From assembly GCA_951406725.2 (NCBI GenBank), contig OX597840.1, forward strand, positions 1,426,001 to 1,490,000: DNA of 64,000 nucleotides. Direction: 5' to 3'. This DNA is from Octopus vulgaris (lineage: Eukaryota). Positions 41,877-57,779 of the stretch are shown here, one piece after another (the stretch's first letter is position 1; each line of letters starts with the position of its first letter). Under the pieces are notes generated by a model, which saw only the letters and a list, made by a program, of their open reading frames with translations, searched no databases and was not told where the DNA came from. The position numbers were made by a program, and so were the translations under genes.

Positions 41877-42560
41877 TATGTTTGACATTTGCCTTATATT
41901 TGTACAAGTTGGCTCCAAGTCTCACACAGAGACCTCAAGAGACAACAGGTTGGAAGTTCATGTTGTTATGCCTAGTGTGCCATATATTGGGGTGGGGTTT
42001 GGTGTTGTACTAATGAATGTCTAAAAAAATTTTTTTTTTTTTTAAACCGATAAATATGTTTGTTTTAAACCTTGAGATTACATAGAAACTATTTTGCGTA
42101 GGATATGAGCAGTTCCCATGAGCACTAGCTTTTGAATTTCTGCCATTTTGGGGTTTCCTGGTATCTGAGCTACGTAGCAATCAGCCTCTTTTGCTATCAT
42201 TCCCAGGGCACCTATGACAACAGGTATTGTTTTAGTCTTCAGCTTCCACGTTTTGCTGATTTCTATTTCAAGATCTTTATATTTGCTCAGTTTTTGGTAG
42301 GTCTTGACAGATACGTTTATATCGATTGGGACAGTCATATCAATGAGGAGGCATGTTCTTTGTCTGAAGTCTTTCAATATGATGTCTGGCCTATTTGCAT
42401 CTATCTTCCTGTCAGTTTGAATGGTGATGTTCCAGAGGAGTGAGATGTGGTCATTTTCAAGCACTGGGGGGTGGTTTGTGTTCCCACCAGTTTTTTTCAT
42501 GGGGCAAATCCAGGTATTTGCAGATTACCCAGTGAATACATTGTGCAGCTCTATCGTGTC
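41876..42560 (-). mobile_element. 5'-truncated R4/Dong-like non-LTR retrotransposon (RLE domain plus 3' UTR) in (TTA)n
   Basis: RHD..IHW, then a frameshift, then LLWNITIQTDRKIDANRPDII..CLLIDMTVP..KLSKYKDL..IPVVIGALG..GTAHILR; (TTA)n on both sides. Confidence 0.9.
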
Positions 42561-42582
42561 TTATTATTATTATTATTATTAG

Positions 42583-42793
42583 CTGCGAGCTGACAAAATC
42601 ATTAGTACGCCGGGAGAAATGCTTCACGATGTTTCGTCTGCCGTTAGGTTTGGAATTCAAATTCCACCACGGGCGACTGTCCCTTTCTTCCTTTCAGAAT
42701 CGATAAAATTAGTACCAGTTACCTATTGAGGTCGATGTAAACGGCTTAATCCCTTCCCCCATAATTTTAAGCCTTGTGCTTCCAGTAGAAACG

Positions 42794-42795
<2 letters not shown>
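42583..42795 (+). mobile_element. SINE family A variant
   Basis: Degenerate head and core. Confidence 0.7.
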
Positions 42796-42861
<66 letters not shown>

Positions 42862-42896
42862 CATTATTATTATTATTATTATTGTTGTTGTTGTTG

Positions 42897-42961
<65 letters not shown>

Positions 42962-43330
42962 GTTGTTGTTGTTGTTGTTGATGTGATGATGGTCAACGAA
43001 TTTTTTTTCTTTGAGGCCACTTGTACCACTGATGGCTGTAATTGTGATGATGTCTAGAGCGATCGCTACAACGATGGCTTGCATGATTATGAAAGTAACG
43101 AATTTACTAAGGACGATAGCAATAACTGGATGTTGCTGCTACAAGTTATAACGACGATGACTGCATCCATGAAGGCCACGACGACGACGACGACGACGAT
43201 GATGATGATGATGACGGTGGTGATGATGTTGATTTTGATGATGATTATGATTATGATGATGATGATGATGATGTGAGTGATGTGATGATGTTGATAATGA
43301 TGATGATGAGGATGATGATTATGATGATGC

Positions 43331-43369
<39 letters not shown>

Positions 43370-43632
43370 CGGTGGTGATGATGATGATGATGGTGATGAT
43401 GTTTACGATGGTGATGATGCTGATGATGAGAGTGATGGTGATGATATTGATGATGATGATGATGATGATGATTATGTACAAAATGAGCAAGTAAAATTAA
43501 TCAGTTTCAAACCGCGTTCCAATTCTCTACAATAAACGACACCTATAAACTCATCAGAAATGTTCCAAGATATCTCTCTCTACGAATGTATATATATATA
43601 TACGCACACACACATATATATATACACAAATC

Positions 43633-43675
<43 letters not shown>

Positions 43676-43692
43676 CATAAATGTACACACAC

Positions 43693-43728
<36 letters not shown>

Positions 43729-44117
43729 GTAGGTAACAAATGGATGTATATATATATAGGTACCATATATATATATATAAATATATATATATATGTATGT
43801 AGGTATGTGTGTGTGTGCTTCTACGTATATATGTATTTCTGTCTCTATTGTCTCTATACGTATGTATAAATGTTTATATGTATACGTGCACTTATACCCA
43901 CATACACAAACGGGCATACATGCACTCATACAGATATATACACTTTTATTTAATATGGCGTTCAGCTTACGAATGTTTACTCTGTTGCATAGAGTCCCCA
44001 TCGCACGCACACTTGTATATATATATGTATATATCTATGTGTATGTGTGTTTGCATGTGTATGGATATATATATATATATGTGTCTTCATCGTATAATTA
44101 TACATTTAGGAATATAT

Positions 44118-44155
<38 letters not shown>

Positions 44156-45221
44156 GTAGATATATGCATGCGTTTGTGCTTAAGTCTATGTCTGTGTTTG
44201 TGTGTGTGTGTGTATATGTGAGTGTGCATGTTTCTGTGTGTCCGTGTGTGTTTGTGTATGTGTAAACCTGAGCAGTTATATATATTTAAATATATATGAA
44301 AGGACACTCCGGCTACATATGTCGACGTATGAGCGCGCAACTTTACATCCAGATACAGACACAGATACAAACACGCATACACAGACACACATGCACAAAC
44401 AAACATACATACGCACACACACACGGACACAAACACACACATGTATACATATATATCAACATATACATATACTTACAGATATCTTTACGTTTATATGAGT
44501 AGATGTATATATAGATATACATGTGGATATACATAATCATATTACAATTACACACGCAAAAACACAAACGCATGCACACACATATAAATATATATATACA
44601 TATGGCCATACTTATATGTATATGTATATATATATATATAATATTGTATATACATATAGATATATATATATATATTTATAAATATATGAATGCATAAATA
44701 TTTTTGTGTGTGTATATATATGTATATATTATATATATATATATATATATGTACGTATGTATATATATATATATATAAATATATATGTGTATGTATATAT
44801 ATATACACACATATATATATATATATTCATATACATATATACATATTTAGTTAAGAATATATACATTTATTTATCTATGAATGTTCGTAGCTATGTGTGC
44901 CTGTGAAGGAGCCATCTTCAGGCACACATACACACGAGTCTGTATATGATTCCCTGTCTTCCTCACAATAAGCGCTTCGTACTTCTACTACGCTCTGATC
45001 GTTGCAGCTGTGATGATATGTTTCAATGCCCTACTGATTTTATATCCTGCCATAAGATTACCTCCAATTTTACAATCTGTTTTATGTATATGACTTCCAA
45101 TGAGTGGGGGCCTGTTATTACCTCTACGTTATACTAGCTGCACCAGTAATCCACTCCTGTGCACATCGAAGCCACTTTTTAATACACAAATGCATATATG
45201 CATACAATCGTATATATACCC

Positions 45222-45284
<63 letters not shown>

Positions 45285-45299
45285 GTATGTATGTATATG

Positions 45300-45330
<31 letters not shown>

Positions 45331-45337
45331 ATATGCA

Positions 45338-45375
<38 letters not shown>

Positions 45376-45672
45376 GTGTGTGTGTGTGCGTGCGCACACA
45401 TGTATATATATGCTTATATACATGTATATATATATATTTCTAAATCCATACTTTCTGGTGCATAGATATATTGGTATGCATGAATATATGTATTTATGTA
45501 TACGCACATATATACGCAAATATATATATATACATATATGAACATATATATGTTTTGTGTGTATTCATATCTACCAATATATTTATCTTCAGTTCCGTTC
45601 ATCTATCTATTGAGATGTACGCACACGCATGCTCATGTATACATACACGCACACTAAGGCATACTCACGTAT

Positions 45673-45706
<34 letters not shown>

Positions 45707-45707
45707 G

Positions 45708-45739
<32 letters not shown>

Positions 45740-45782
45740 TATACACATAAATACATAAAGAGAGAGAGATAGAGAGACTGAC

Positions 45783-45838
<56 letters not shown>

Positions 45839-46599
45839 TCTCATTTGATTGCATACATATATTTGTATGTCATGTGTAATCGACATTCATAACATACTTT
45901 TAAATCGGTCGTCGTTAGCAGATAGAATTATCCGCTATTCACTTTGATAAGTTTTATTTATCATGTTGCTTTTTTCCTACATGTGTTTTGTAGATGTTAC
46001 AGAGTTAAAGTGTCCCTTTTGCATTCATATCTGCTCCATAATTTTGCTTAATTCAGCACGTATTTACTTATTTTGTGTCCAATATTTATAAAAGGTCTCT
46101 GACCTTCTAACTGCTATATATGTTATACGTTTATGTGGAATATACATCTCGTTATTTCAAAGTATAGTATATTACACTTCTGTAATATGTCCTTGTTCTG
46201 TCAGCTCAACTTTAGCAAAATTTCGCCAAATAATATCAAGTTCTTTGCGGTCACCTGACTTAAGTGCCTCCGTGATTCTGAGAGCTATTGCAGCGGATTT
46301 CAATATATAGGTATATAAATATACATACACTAATCAATACATTAAAAATATACATATAAATACATAGATATATATACATTAAAAATATATTGAAATAATA
46401 AATACATATATAGCTCGATTTGCAGATCATAAAACGAAGACAAAGAAAGAGTCTTTAAAAATGTATGCTTATTGGTAATCCTATTACTAGGGCAACCACC
46501 GTTTCTAGATCTTCGATTGCCCTGTCATATAAAAGATATTTACAACAATTATAGGACAGCACCTCCTTCATCATGGAAAACAAGTTTCTAAAGAAGCCT

Positions 46600-46910
46600 C
46601 ACGAGTATTGTATTTTTTAAAGGTATTATTTACTGAGTGTTTTTATAGAAGCTATATGCAAAAGACCAAGGAGTGTAATTGCTTCTGTGTGGTTGTAGAA
46701 CAAGATAACAAACGTAATTAAATGAAGCTAATTGGTACATTATAAAAGAAGGTCCTCTTGAACATAGGCAAATGCAAGTTATGTTTAAAGGAATCATTAA
46801 TTATTCTCCTTCTGCGTATCAAATTTCCAAGCCGATCACATGGAGAAACGTCTTATGCTCTATTTTGAAACCAATGCCAACTTTAATAATAAAGAGATAA
46901 TTTATCCACC
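46600..46910 (+). pseudogene. Decayed PLE GIY-YIG C-terminal fragment
   Basis: 46767-46805 encodes GKCKLCLKESLII, parallel to GRCGLCDMERWLI in the 13405 ORF. Confidence 0.5.
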
Positions 46911-46992
46911 GAAGGTGCTGTTGAGTGCACATTTCAACGTTCTACATTTATGTATGTATTTATGTATGTATGTATGTGTGTGTATATATATA

Positions 46993-47456
46993 AGTAGTTG
47001 AAATTTACAGAGAAATAAAAGACGAAAGCAGGTATATAAACAACAGGCAGGTGTATTAGTTTGACGCTCGGGAAGTTGAGAAAGTCTTTTACGTTTCGAG
47101 TCAACAAATAGGAACTCAAATAAATAAACAATGAGGGAATAGAAAACCTGTGGATTTAGCGGTCAATTATGGTGTTTGGTCGGAAAAAGGTAGTTGGATA
47201 GGAGAGCTAGGAAGAAAGAGAGATAATAAAGTACTGGTGATCGCAAAATCTAGTTGCGCGTGCGTATGTGAGAGTGTTGGAGTGTGTGCGTGGGTTGGAA
47301 CTAGTGCTTTTCACGTGTGGATGGGTGCGTCTGTATTTTAAATATATTTGGGTATCAACGTAGCCAACGAACAGTTTTGCATCGATGGGGCCCATGTTTG
47401 TTCCCATGGCTACTCCCGAGAAATGTTAGTAAAACTCCTCCGTGAATGAGAAGCAG
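46993..47456 (-). pseudogene. PLE remnant: RT motif fragment upstream of a pLTR of the 1451 family
   Basis: 47340-47456 on the minus strand: CFSFTEEFY*HFSGVAMGTNMGPIDAKLFVGYVD (PLE RT G.AMG...P..A.LF motif); 46993-47170 matches 1451-1646. Confidence 0.75.
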
Positions 47457-47956
47457 TGTATATAATGCATAACTGCATATACATGTGGATTCGGGGTGAC
47501 GGGCATGCATATGCCAGTATTTGCGTGTAGGTATGATTATTTGGTACACCAAATATTACAGAACACAACAGTTACACTCTCTAAATCATTCTACCTCAAG
47601 GAACTATCTTCGTCTTCGACAATAAATCCTTGCAATGCATAAAAACCAACACACGAGAACACACATACACGTACACACATACACATACACACATACCACT
47701 CATCAACAAACACAGGCACTTCATATGAATTTGTGTGCCTATAAATGTAAACACACAGACACACACTATACTCATATGCACATATATGTTTAGCTGGGGA
47801 GTATATATGTACACATACGTATAGTTGGAGCAATATGTGTGCATATACACTCATTAATGAATGTCTTATACGTGAAAGTTAGTTTTATACGTCATTGTGC
47901 GTGGAAACTTTACTTTTATTATGGTTAAATGCTGCGTGGATCATCATTTGACTGGC

Positions 47957-48012
<56 letters not shown>

Positions 48013-48425
48013 TCTATCTATTTATCTATTTATCTATTTATCTATTTATCTATCTATCTATCTAACTATCTATCTATTTATCTCTCTAACGTCTTCTCCC
48101 TCTCTCATAAGCTATGTGTGTATGTATGTATGTATGTATCTATATATTCTATCTATCCATCCATCCATCTATCTATCTGTCTACCTATCTGTTTAGGTAT
48201 CCATCTACCTATCTATACATTCATCTATCTTTCTATATATTAACCTCCCTCTTTCTTTCTCTCTCTTCCTTTCTCTCTCTCTTCCCCCTCTCTCTCACAA
48301 TTATATATTTATATATATATATATGCATCTGTCTAGCTCTCTATCCATATATTTATCTGTTTGTGTGTTTATCTGTTTGTGTGTTTATGTGCATTTTTAT
48401 GAGTGTCTGTCTTACATAAAGTGGT

Positions 48426-48502
<77 letters not shown>

Positions 48503-48613
48503 CAGATATAATTGTATATGCATACACACATATAGGCACAGAGAGAAACGCACATCGACACACAGAAACACAGAGAGACGCACCGATATATACATACATA
48601 CATACATACATAC

Positions 48614-48656
<43 letters not shown>

Positions 48657-48972
48657 CATATATGCATATCAATATATAATGAATACGGGAACCGTTTGGT
48701 ACACATATATGTTCGTGTACGTATACGCATCTATGGGCATACAAATGTATGTAAATATGTACATGGGTGTTCGTATATTGTTGGAATGGATTAGTAGCCA
48801 GCCATTTTGGTGTACCGCCTCAGGGTACATAGTTAAATTCCAGACTACAAACCTACAAACGTGTACATATACACGTACACTTATACACCCATATATAGAT
48901 ACATATATATAAATACATATAGATTCATAAATATATATAAATACATAGACATACATACATTTCCATATATGA

Positions 48973-49042
<70 letters not shown>

Positions 49043-49044
49043 GC

Positions 49045-49075
<31 letters not shown>

Positions 49076-49555
49076 TATACACATATATGTCTAGTAGTGT
49101 GTATATATATATATACACATACATATATATACAAATATATTTATACATCTCTCTCTATATATTTATGTGTGTGTGTGTGTGTGTTTCCATTTAAGTGTGC
49201 TTGTGTCTGCACGTACGTATGCGTATATAATTTCGTTTATACGTTCATTACCTCAAAACTCTACCCTTTCACATAGCTACAAACATCTACGCATGCTCAA
49301 GATCAGAATAACACACCCTCTCACTCAGGGATATACATACGTACGCATACTCGCAGATAGGGAAAAAGGCTGACAGATGTATATATATATGTATATACAT
49401 GCTTCTAAATGTTTTTATACATACAATCATATACACGTATGTATGTGTGTGTGTGTGTAGATATCAACGCATGTCTGTGTATCAGTTCTCATGTGGAATA
49501 GTATACTTATCAATCTGTCTGTCAATCGATCGATCGATCTTGCTGTCTATATGCC

Positions 49556-49602
<47 letters not shown>

Positions 49603-49853
49603 CTTGTATATTTATGCGCATACTCACACACACATCCATACATACACACACACATAATTGTATGTGTGTTTGTGTGTGTGTGTACATATGAACATTTAGC
49701 TGTGCATACATATAGGTCTATCTACACAAAATTGGTCACTATACACACACGATATATCAAACACCTATAATGTACACTCACTCTGAATTATATAGGTGCC
49801 CACGCAACCGTCGAGTATGAAAGGCAGAGAGAAAAGGACCAGGGAACTGATAC

Positions 49854-49904
<51 letters not shown>

Positions 49905-50850
49905 CATACATATATATATAAGTATATATATATACATACAGAAAGACAGAGAGACATACACATATAAAGACATACCCTGGAACGCACACGACATATATGT
50001 AAACGCACAAACATTTGTCCCTACACACGGATACACATATTGATACAAGCATAGGCATACACACACATAAGCACACACACATACGCATAAACTCATTTCT
50101 ATATATATATATATATTTATGCATGCTTTCTGTTACTTATATATGATGTATATGTATAGAGACACAGATACAAAACACACAGGCAAAAAATAACATATAT
50201 ACAAGTGACACAGAATGATGTATATGTCGACAAACACTTCACACACATACACATACACGCGCAGGTACACACAGATATTCAATAATTCACGCCCATCGCC
50301 ACTTAAATGTATATTACAGTATGAGCTCCGTTTATGCTCGCACATACAAATTCAGATAGAAAATGGCATAAAATAATAAATATGTATATACACACATCTA
50401 TGTATATGTATATACACACATCTATGTATATGTATATACACACATCTATGTATATGTATATACATTCATACGTAAATATATACATACTTACATACATACA
50501 TACACATACAGACATGTGTATATGTATGTGAGTCTGTGTATGTATATATATATATATATACACGGACACACACATGTGTATGTATGTATGCATGTATGTA
50601 TGCATGTATGTATGTATGTATGTATGTTTGTACGTATGTATGTCATATATTCAAGTGTTTCTGGGTGTGAAACTGTGGCTGCGTGTATATATATATATAT
50701 ATGCGTACAGCATAATATATATATATACAGATATATGTGCACACACATACATACACATACATACACACACACACATATATAAATATAGTCGCACATCGTG
50801 CACGCACATACAAACACGCTTATATGTGCAAGCAAACATTTATGCATAAA

Positions 50851-50881
<31 letters not shown>

Positions 50882-50882
50882 G

Positions 50883-50934
<52 letters not shown>

Positions 50935-51379
50935 TGTATAAATATCTGTGTGTATATAAATATATATATATATATATATGTATATATATGCATGTGGTGA
51001 TGTATGTATGTATGTATATATGTATTATATAAACGAAAATGTAATCAAGCGGTTCGAGATATTCTGCCAAATATTTCCTGGATATCAATTTAGGGAAGCT
51101 ATTCCGAACTGTTTTGGCATTTAAAACTTCTTCCCATCGATTTCCCCGTATATATTTTTATACATTTATTATGATTTCTTGTTTAACCTTAGGTTTTCTT
51201 CATCTAGATTAGATTCATTGTGCATGTGGTTGCTTTCTTTTCCAAAATCTTAGAGATGCTCTTTTTATATATATATATTTTTATTCCCTTTTTTTTCTTA
51301 ACGCAATTTCTTGTTTGTTTCTCTCGTTTTGCTTACTCCATACTGTTCACGTCGCTGCTGCTGTAGTCCTACCGGTTCC

Positions 51380-52429
<1,050 letters not shown>

Positions 52430-52430
<1 letters not shown>

Positions 52431-52885
52431 TCAATGATTTTTAGACGTCATATTTTTATTGCATGCTTTCTCAGTTCAACCGAATGCAAATCTGTGTGCC
52501 TTGGGTATGTGAAGGGCTTCCGTTTGCTTTCTGTTTTCTCCATTTTTGTATTCTTGCTCGGTATTCAACGTACTCTGGCTTCATATATGTTTGCGTGTCT
52601 TCTCGTAATTTCCTATGTATGTATTGATATAGAGATTCTTGCTGTTTTCAGCGCCCAAAATCTTGTTATCTTTATTTCAAGATCTCTATTATATTTGTAT
52701 ATTTTTCTCACCGATTTTTTTAATTTTTATTTCTTTGGAAGTATAATGTCGTCTTTTGGGAGTGATAATTCCATTAGAAAGAATATTCTTTCCTTCTGAT
52801 CCGTGACAACAATATCCGTCATATTTGCCTTAATCTTGTTTTCTCTATGAATTGATGAGTCCCAAGATAATGTCACTGCGATATT
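52430..52885 (-). pseudogene. Decayed R4/Dong-like RLE fragment
   Basis: [24 protein letters not shown]...DLEIKITRFW; 3' UTR 'ctgtgtgccttgggtatgtg' is shared with 36799-37000. Confidence 0.7.
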
Positions 52886-52932
52886 ATGAAGACTTTACGG
52901 TTTGTATATGTGTATGTGCATTTCTCTCTCTC

Positions 52933-52989
<57 letters not shown>

Positions 52990-53034
52990 GTGTATGAATA
53001 TATGCGTATATAGACATGTATATACACAGGAGTG

Positions 53035-53090
<56 letters not shown>

Positions 53091-53301
53091 TGAACCTATG
53101 TATGTGTGTATATATCTATGTATGAATCTGACGTAGAACTTGTATTTCATAATATTGATATAGTGGTTTCTGGAAACCCGATCTTTTGTCATCACTGCGT
53201 GTGTATAATACATACATACATACATACATACATCCACACGCACATATAATATATATATATATATATATATACGAAGAGAGAAAGAGAGATCAAAGTGTAC
53301 G

Positions 53302-53334
<33 letters not shown>

Positions 53335-53519
53335 TAGTGTATGTATATGTGTGTGCATATATATGTGGGAGTGTGGGTGTGTGTGTAAGTCGTCTGCTAG
53401 TCTATAAGTTTACAAAAAGATGCACTCGTATATCTGTCAATAGAGTGGCTATATTATGTGAAGTAAACAGTATTACGTATCTTTTATAGCCGATCATAGC
53501 TGTCGTCTGTATTGGAGGT

Positions 53520-53605
53520 AACCTCTGATAAGTATAGGGTTACATAAGCGGATTAGCACCTAACACTCGGTTGAACCTAGACCACGAAACCAGTTGGTAA
53601 GATTC
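53520..53605 (+). ncRNA. Degenerate hammerhead motif with long stem II
   Basis: CTGATAA-GT...AC-GAAA-CCAGTTGG-TA. Confidence 0.45.
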
Positions 53606-53692
53606 ACTGCAATGGGAATATAATACTGTACACTTCGGATAATACATACATGCATACATACATACACACATATTTGCTTATATATATATATG

Positions 53693-53735
<43 letters not shown>

Positions 53736-53769
53736 CTTTATATTTTACTGGTGTATTTACTGTATTAAA

Positions 53770-54132
53770 GTATTTTAGTCGTAGAAATCGACCCCAGGGC
53801 TTATTTATTGTAAGTTTTGTACTTATGCTATCGGTTTCTTTTGCCGAACCTCTACGTTAAGGGGACGTAAACACACCACCATCGTTTGTCAAGAGATAGT
53901 GAAGGAACCAATAAAGACACACACGCACACACATACATACACACACGCATAAATATATACATAAATATATTTATGACGGGCTTCCTTAAGTTTCCGTCTA
54001 CCAAATTCACTCAGGCTTTAATTGGCTCGAGGCTACAGTAGAAGACATTTGCTCCAAGTGTCTTGCAGTGGAACTGAGCCCGGAAGCTAGTGGTTGGGAA
54101 GCAAGCTTTTAAAACCAGGAAGCGACGGCTGT
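53770..54132 (-). mobile_element. SINE family B
   Basis: Reverse complement of 18035-18452, diverged. Confidence 0.8.
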
Positions 54133-54288
54133 ACCTATACATATGTATATATTTACAGACCCACCCACACACATACAAACATACATAGACACACACACAC
54201 ATATACATGAGAAAATTTGTGCGTTTGTTTGTGTGTCTATGCATGTATATTTAGTATCCTTTGACTAATATCAACAATAAAAACAGCA

Positions 54289-54349
<61 letters not shown>

Positions 54350-54579
54350 TTACTACTACTAGTACTACTGCTACTACAATAATTATTATCATTTGCCAAC
54401 TGTTGGAAGGCTGGGACGCCATATCAACTTTATATCTAGATTTAATTCCAATACACACATTCATATATATCATTATATACATGAATATATGTGTATGTGC
54501 GTGTGTGTATAGTTGTACGTGCTGGTGTGTCTAGGTGTGTTGATGTGTCAATGGGAAGTTGTGTGTATATGTGTGTGTG

Positions 54580-54617
<38 letters not shown>

Positions 54618-54974
54618 TCGGTGTGTTTCATTTCAATAAAGTCGTTTTGTACCTCATCTCGAATTTCGCCTGGGTGCTTAATGTGTCATGTGGCAAGTCA
54701 AGAGTCGAGATTTCTTCACGAAGTCCAAAATACACCAGTTGGGCCCATATAATAAACCCCTAATCAACTCATGATTATTTGAATGCACAAAGGAAAATCC
54801 TGTCACAAGAGACTAACTTGACACAAATACGAATATTATTAATCTTCGCTATGGCACCGAGTACATTTTCACCGAACAATTATACACAAAACGGGCTTGC
54901 TTAGACATCTGCACATCTACACAGACACACGCTCGCACACATATATGCACATACACACACATGTATATGCATAT

Positions 54975-55024
<50 letters not shown>

Positions 55025-55110
55025 ACATATACACGCGCACATATATAAGTTACACATGCATATATATATATATATAGTAGTTACATATGCACAGACATTA
55101 ACATCACCAG

Positions 55111-55143
<33 letters not shown>

Positions 55144-55237
55144 TATACATATATACATATATATACATATATACACATATATGTGTGTTTATATATATGT
55201 ATGTATATATATGTATATAGACACTTATGTACAGATG

Positions 55238-55309
<72 letters not shown>

Positions 55310-55311
55310 TG

Positions 55312-55347
<36 letters not shown>

Positions 55348-55646
55348 AACTTGTATGCCCATATATATGCATATACACATCAACGTAGAGGAGAAGAAGA
55401 CCGAGCGAAGATGAAACCCAAAGTAGTCATGTTGCACAACATGCATGCGTGCGCATCAATAGACGAACAAACTTTGATATTTGTGTTCACCATTTTCTCT
55501 ATATCGATTTTTCATTCATATACGTTCTGGCTGTCTCTATCTCTTTCTCTCTCTCTCTCCCTCACTTCCACTCTTACGTCTATATATGTATATGTGTGTG
55601 TTTGTGTGTGTGAATACGTATGCCAGGTATATTTACACAAACACAT

Positions 55647-55685
<39 letters not shown>

Positions 55686-55768
55686 CATAAATCGTTGTAC
55701 ATAATTATATCTTCCGTCTCTATCCGTCTGTGTCCCTGTCTTTTTCTGTGTGTATGTGTGTGTATATG

Positions 55769-55899
<131 letters not shown>

Positions 55900-57121
55900 A
55901 ACACATATATAGATATGTATATATATATACATATATATATGTATGTATATATATACATATGTATATATGTATACCTGTACTTACATATATATATATACAC
56001 ACACACATACATATACATGTATATATATATATACACATGTATATACATATATATATATATATGGATATATGTATGTATATGTGTGTGTATATACATACAT
56101 GTATGTATATGTGTGTGTATATAAGTATGTGTATGCAAAAGAATGACGTGTGTAAGTAAATTAATTCCTAATTTTGGGTCGTTGTCGGTCTGTGTAAGAG
56201 CGGAGCGTGTCGTAGGCGTAGCGGTGGAAGAGGAGTCGGTGGGAATTTTAGCTTTAAGTAGAAAATCAAGTTTGGCAAATTCCATTAGAATGAACATTCT
56301 GATATTGTTTGTTACCCCGCTCTTGCTAAACCAAAATAAACAACATTTCAATAATATATGTTTACCATTTATAAAATTGACATTTTAGTTTCCGTAATCT
56401 TGTTAAATTAATTACAAAACTGACTGGCTCAACGTGTTGGTTTATGTTCTGCTACTTGTATTTTGCGTTATGCTATTTTCAATTTTTTTATATATTGCTA
56501 CATTCCCTCTCATAGACTTGTATGACTCTCTAGTTCTCTCTCTCCATATCCTTCACACTGATTTCATTGCTTGCTTGCTCGTTCGCCCGTTTACCTCCTG
56601 CAACGCACACTATGTCTTTATTGTTCGCGTATTTCTGTCTTCACCGCTTGTTTCAACGTTTCAAAAATATATTTTATTTATTTTATTACATGTTAATTCT
56701 TTTTTGTTTATATTATTTTTACTTTGTTTTCTATCGTTCTTTTTATGTTTCTTTCCTTGTTCTGCATAATTTAACTTTCACTCCGTTTCACAATAACTCT
56801 ACCTCTTTTAAATTCTAAACCTTTCCCTTTCTCCCTCTCTCTATCGATCTGGATTTCTCTTTAATATCTATCAATCTATCTACATATCTATCCACCCACC
56901 CATCCATCCATCCATCTATCCACCCATCCATTCATCCATCCATTCATCCATCCATCCATCCATCCATCCATCCATCCATCCATCCATCCATCCATCTATC
57001 CACCCATCCAGCCTGCAAGTCAGTCATATCTTTAGATTATATTTTCTTCCATTCTTTCTCTATCGTTCGGAAATTCTGTTTCACATCTCTCTATCTACCC
57101 ACCTACCTACCTACCTTTCTG

Positions 57122-57217
<96 letters not shown>

Positions 57218-57333
57218 CCTATCTATCTATCTACCTACCTACCTACACATCTATCTATCTGTCTATTTATCTATCTATCCATCCATCCGTTCATCCATCC
57301 ATCCATCCATCCATCTATCTATCTTTCTATCTG

Positions 57334-57382
<49 letters not shown>

Positions 57383-57383
57383 G

Positions 57384-57423
<40 letters not shown>

Positions 57424-57600
57424 CCCGTTTATCTCTCTATCTATCTACCCGTTTATCTATCTATCTATCTACCCGTTTATCTCTCTATGTGCGTATGAGC
57501 AAGCGTATTCACATGCAACTTTTTATTTATCAACTTATCTTCGAAACTGTTCGTTTTTACATTGTTCGGTTCCCTCTCTCAGAACCAAATTCCATCTTTC

Positions 57601-57637
<37 letters not shown>

Positions 57638-57779
57638 CCCTTCACTCGATTTCCATCACTCTTGACTTCTTGATTCGTCTCTCAATATCAGCTTCTTTCC
57701 CTCCAAAATCTCAACCTCTCTTTACAAGTCCATCATTTCGCTTTATTGCATAATAGCCTTCTTACACAAACCAGTTGAC

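Noticed and set aside
44893-44929. Small hairpin containing CTGAAGA on the minus strand
   Set aside because: No GAAA or stem III; at most a collapsed remnant.
56140-56330. Possible minus-strand exon after a 'tttag' acceptor
   Set aside because: No convincing donor and no recognisable peptide.
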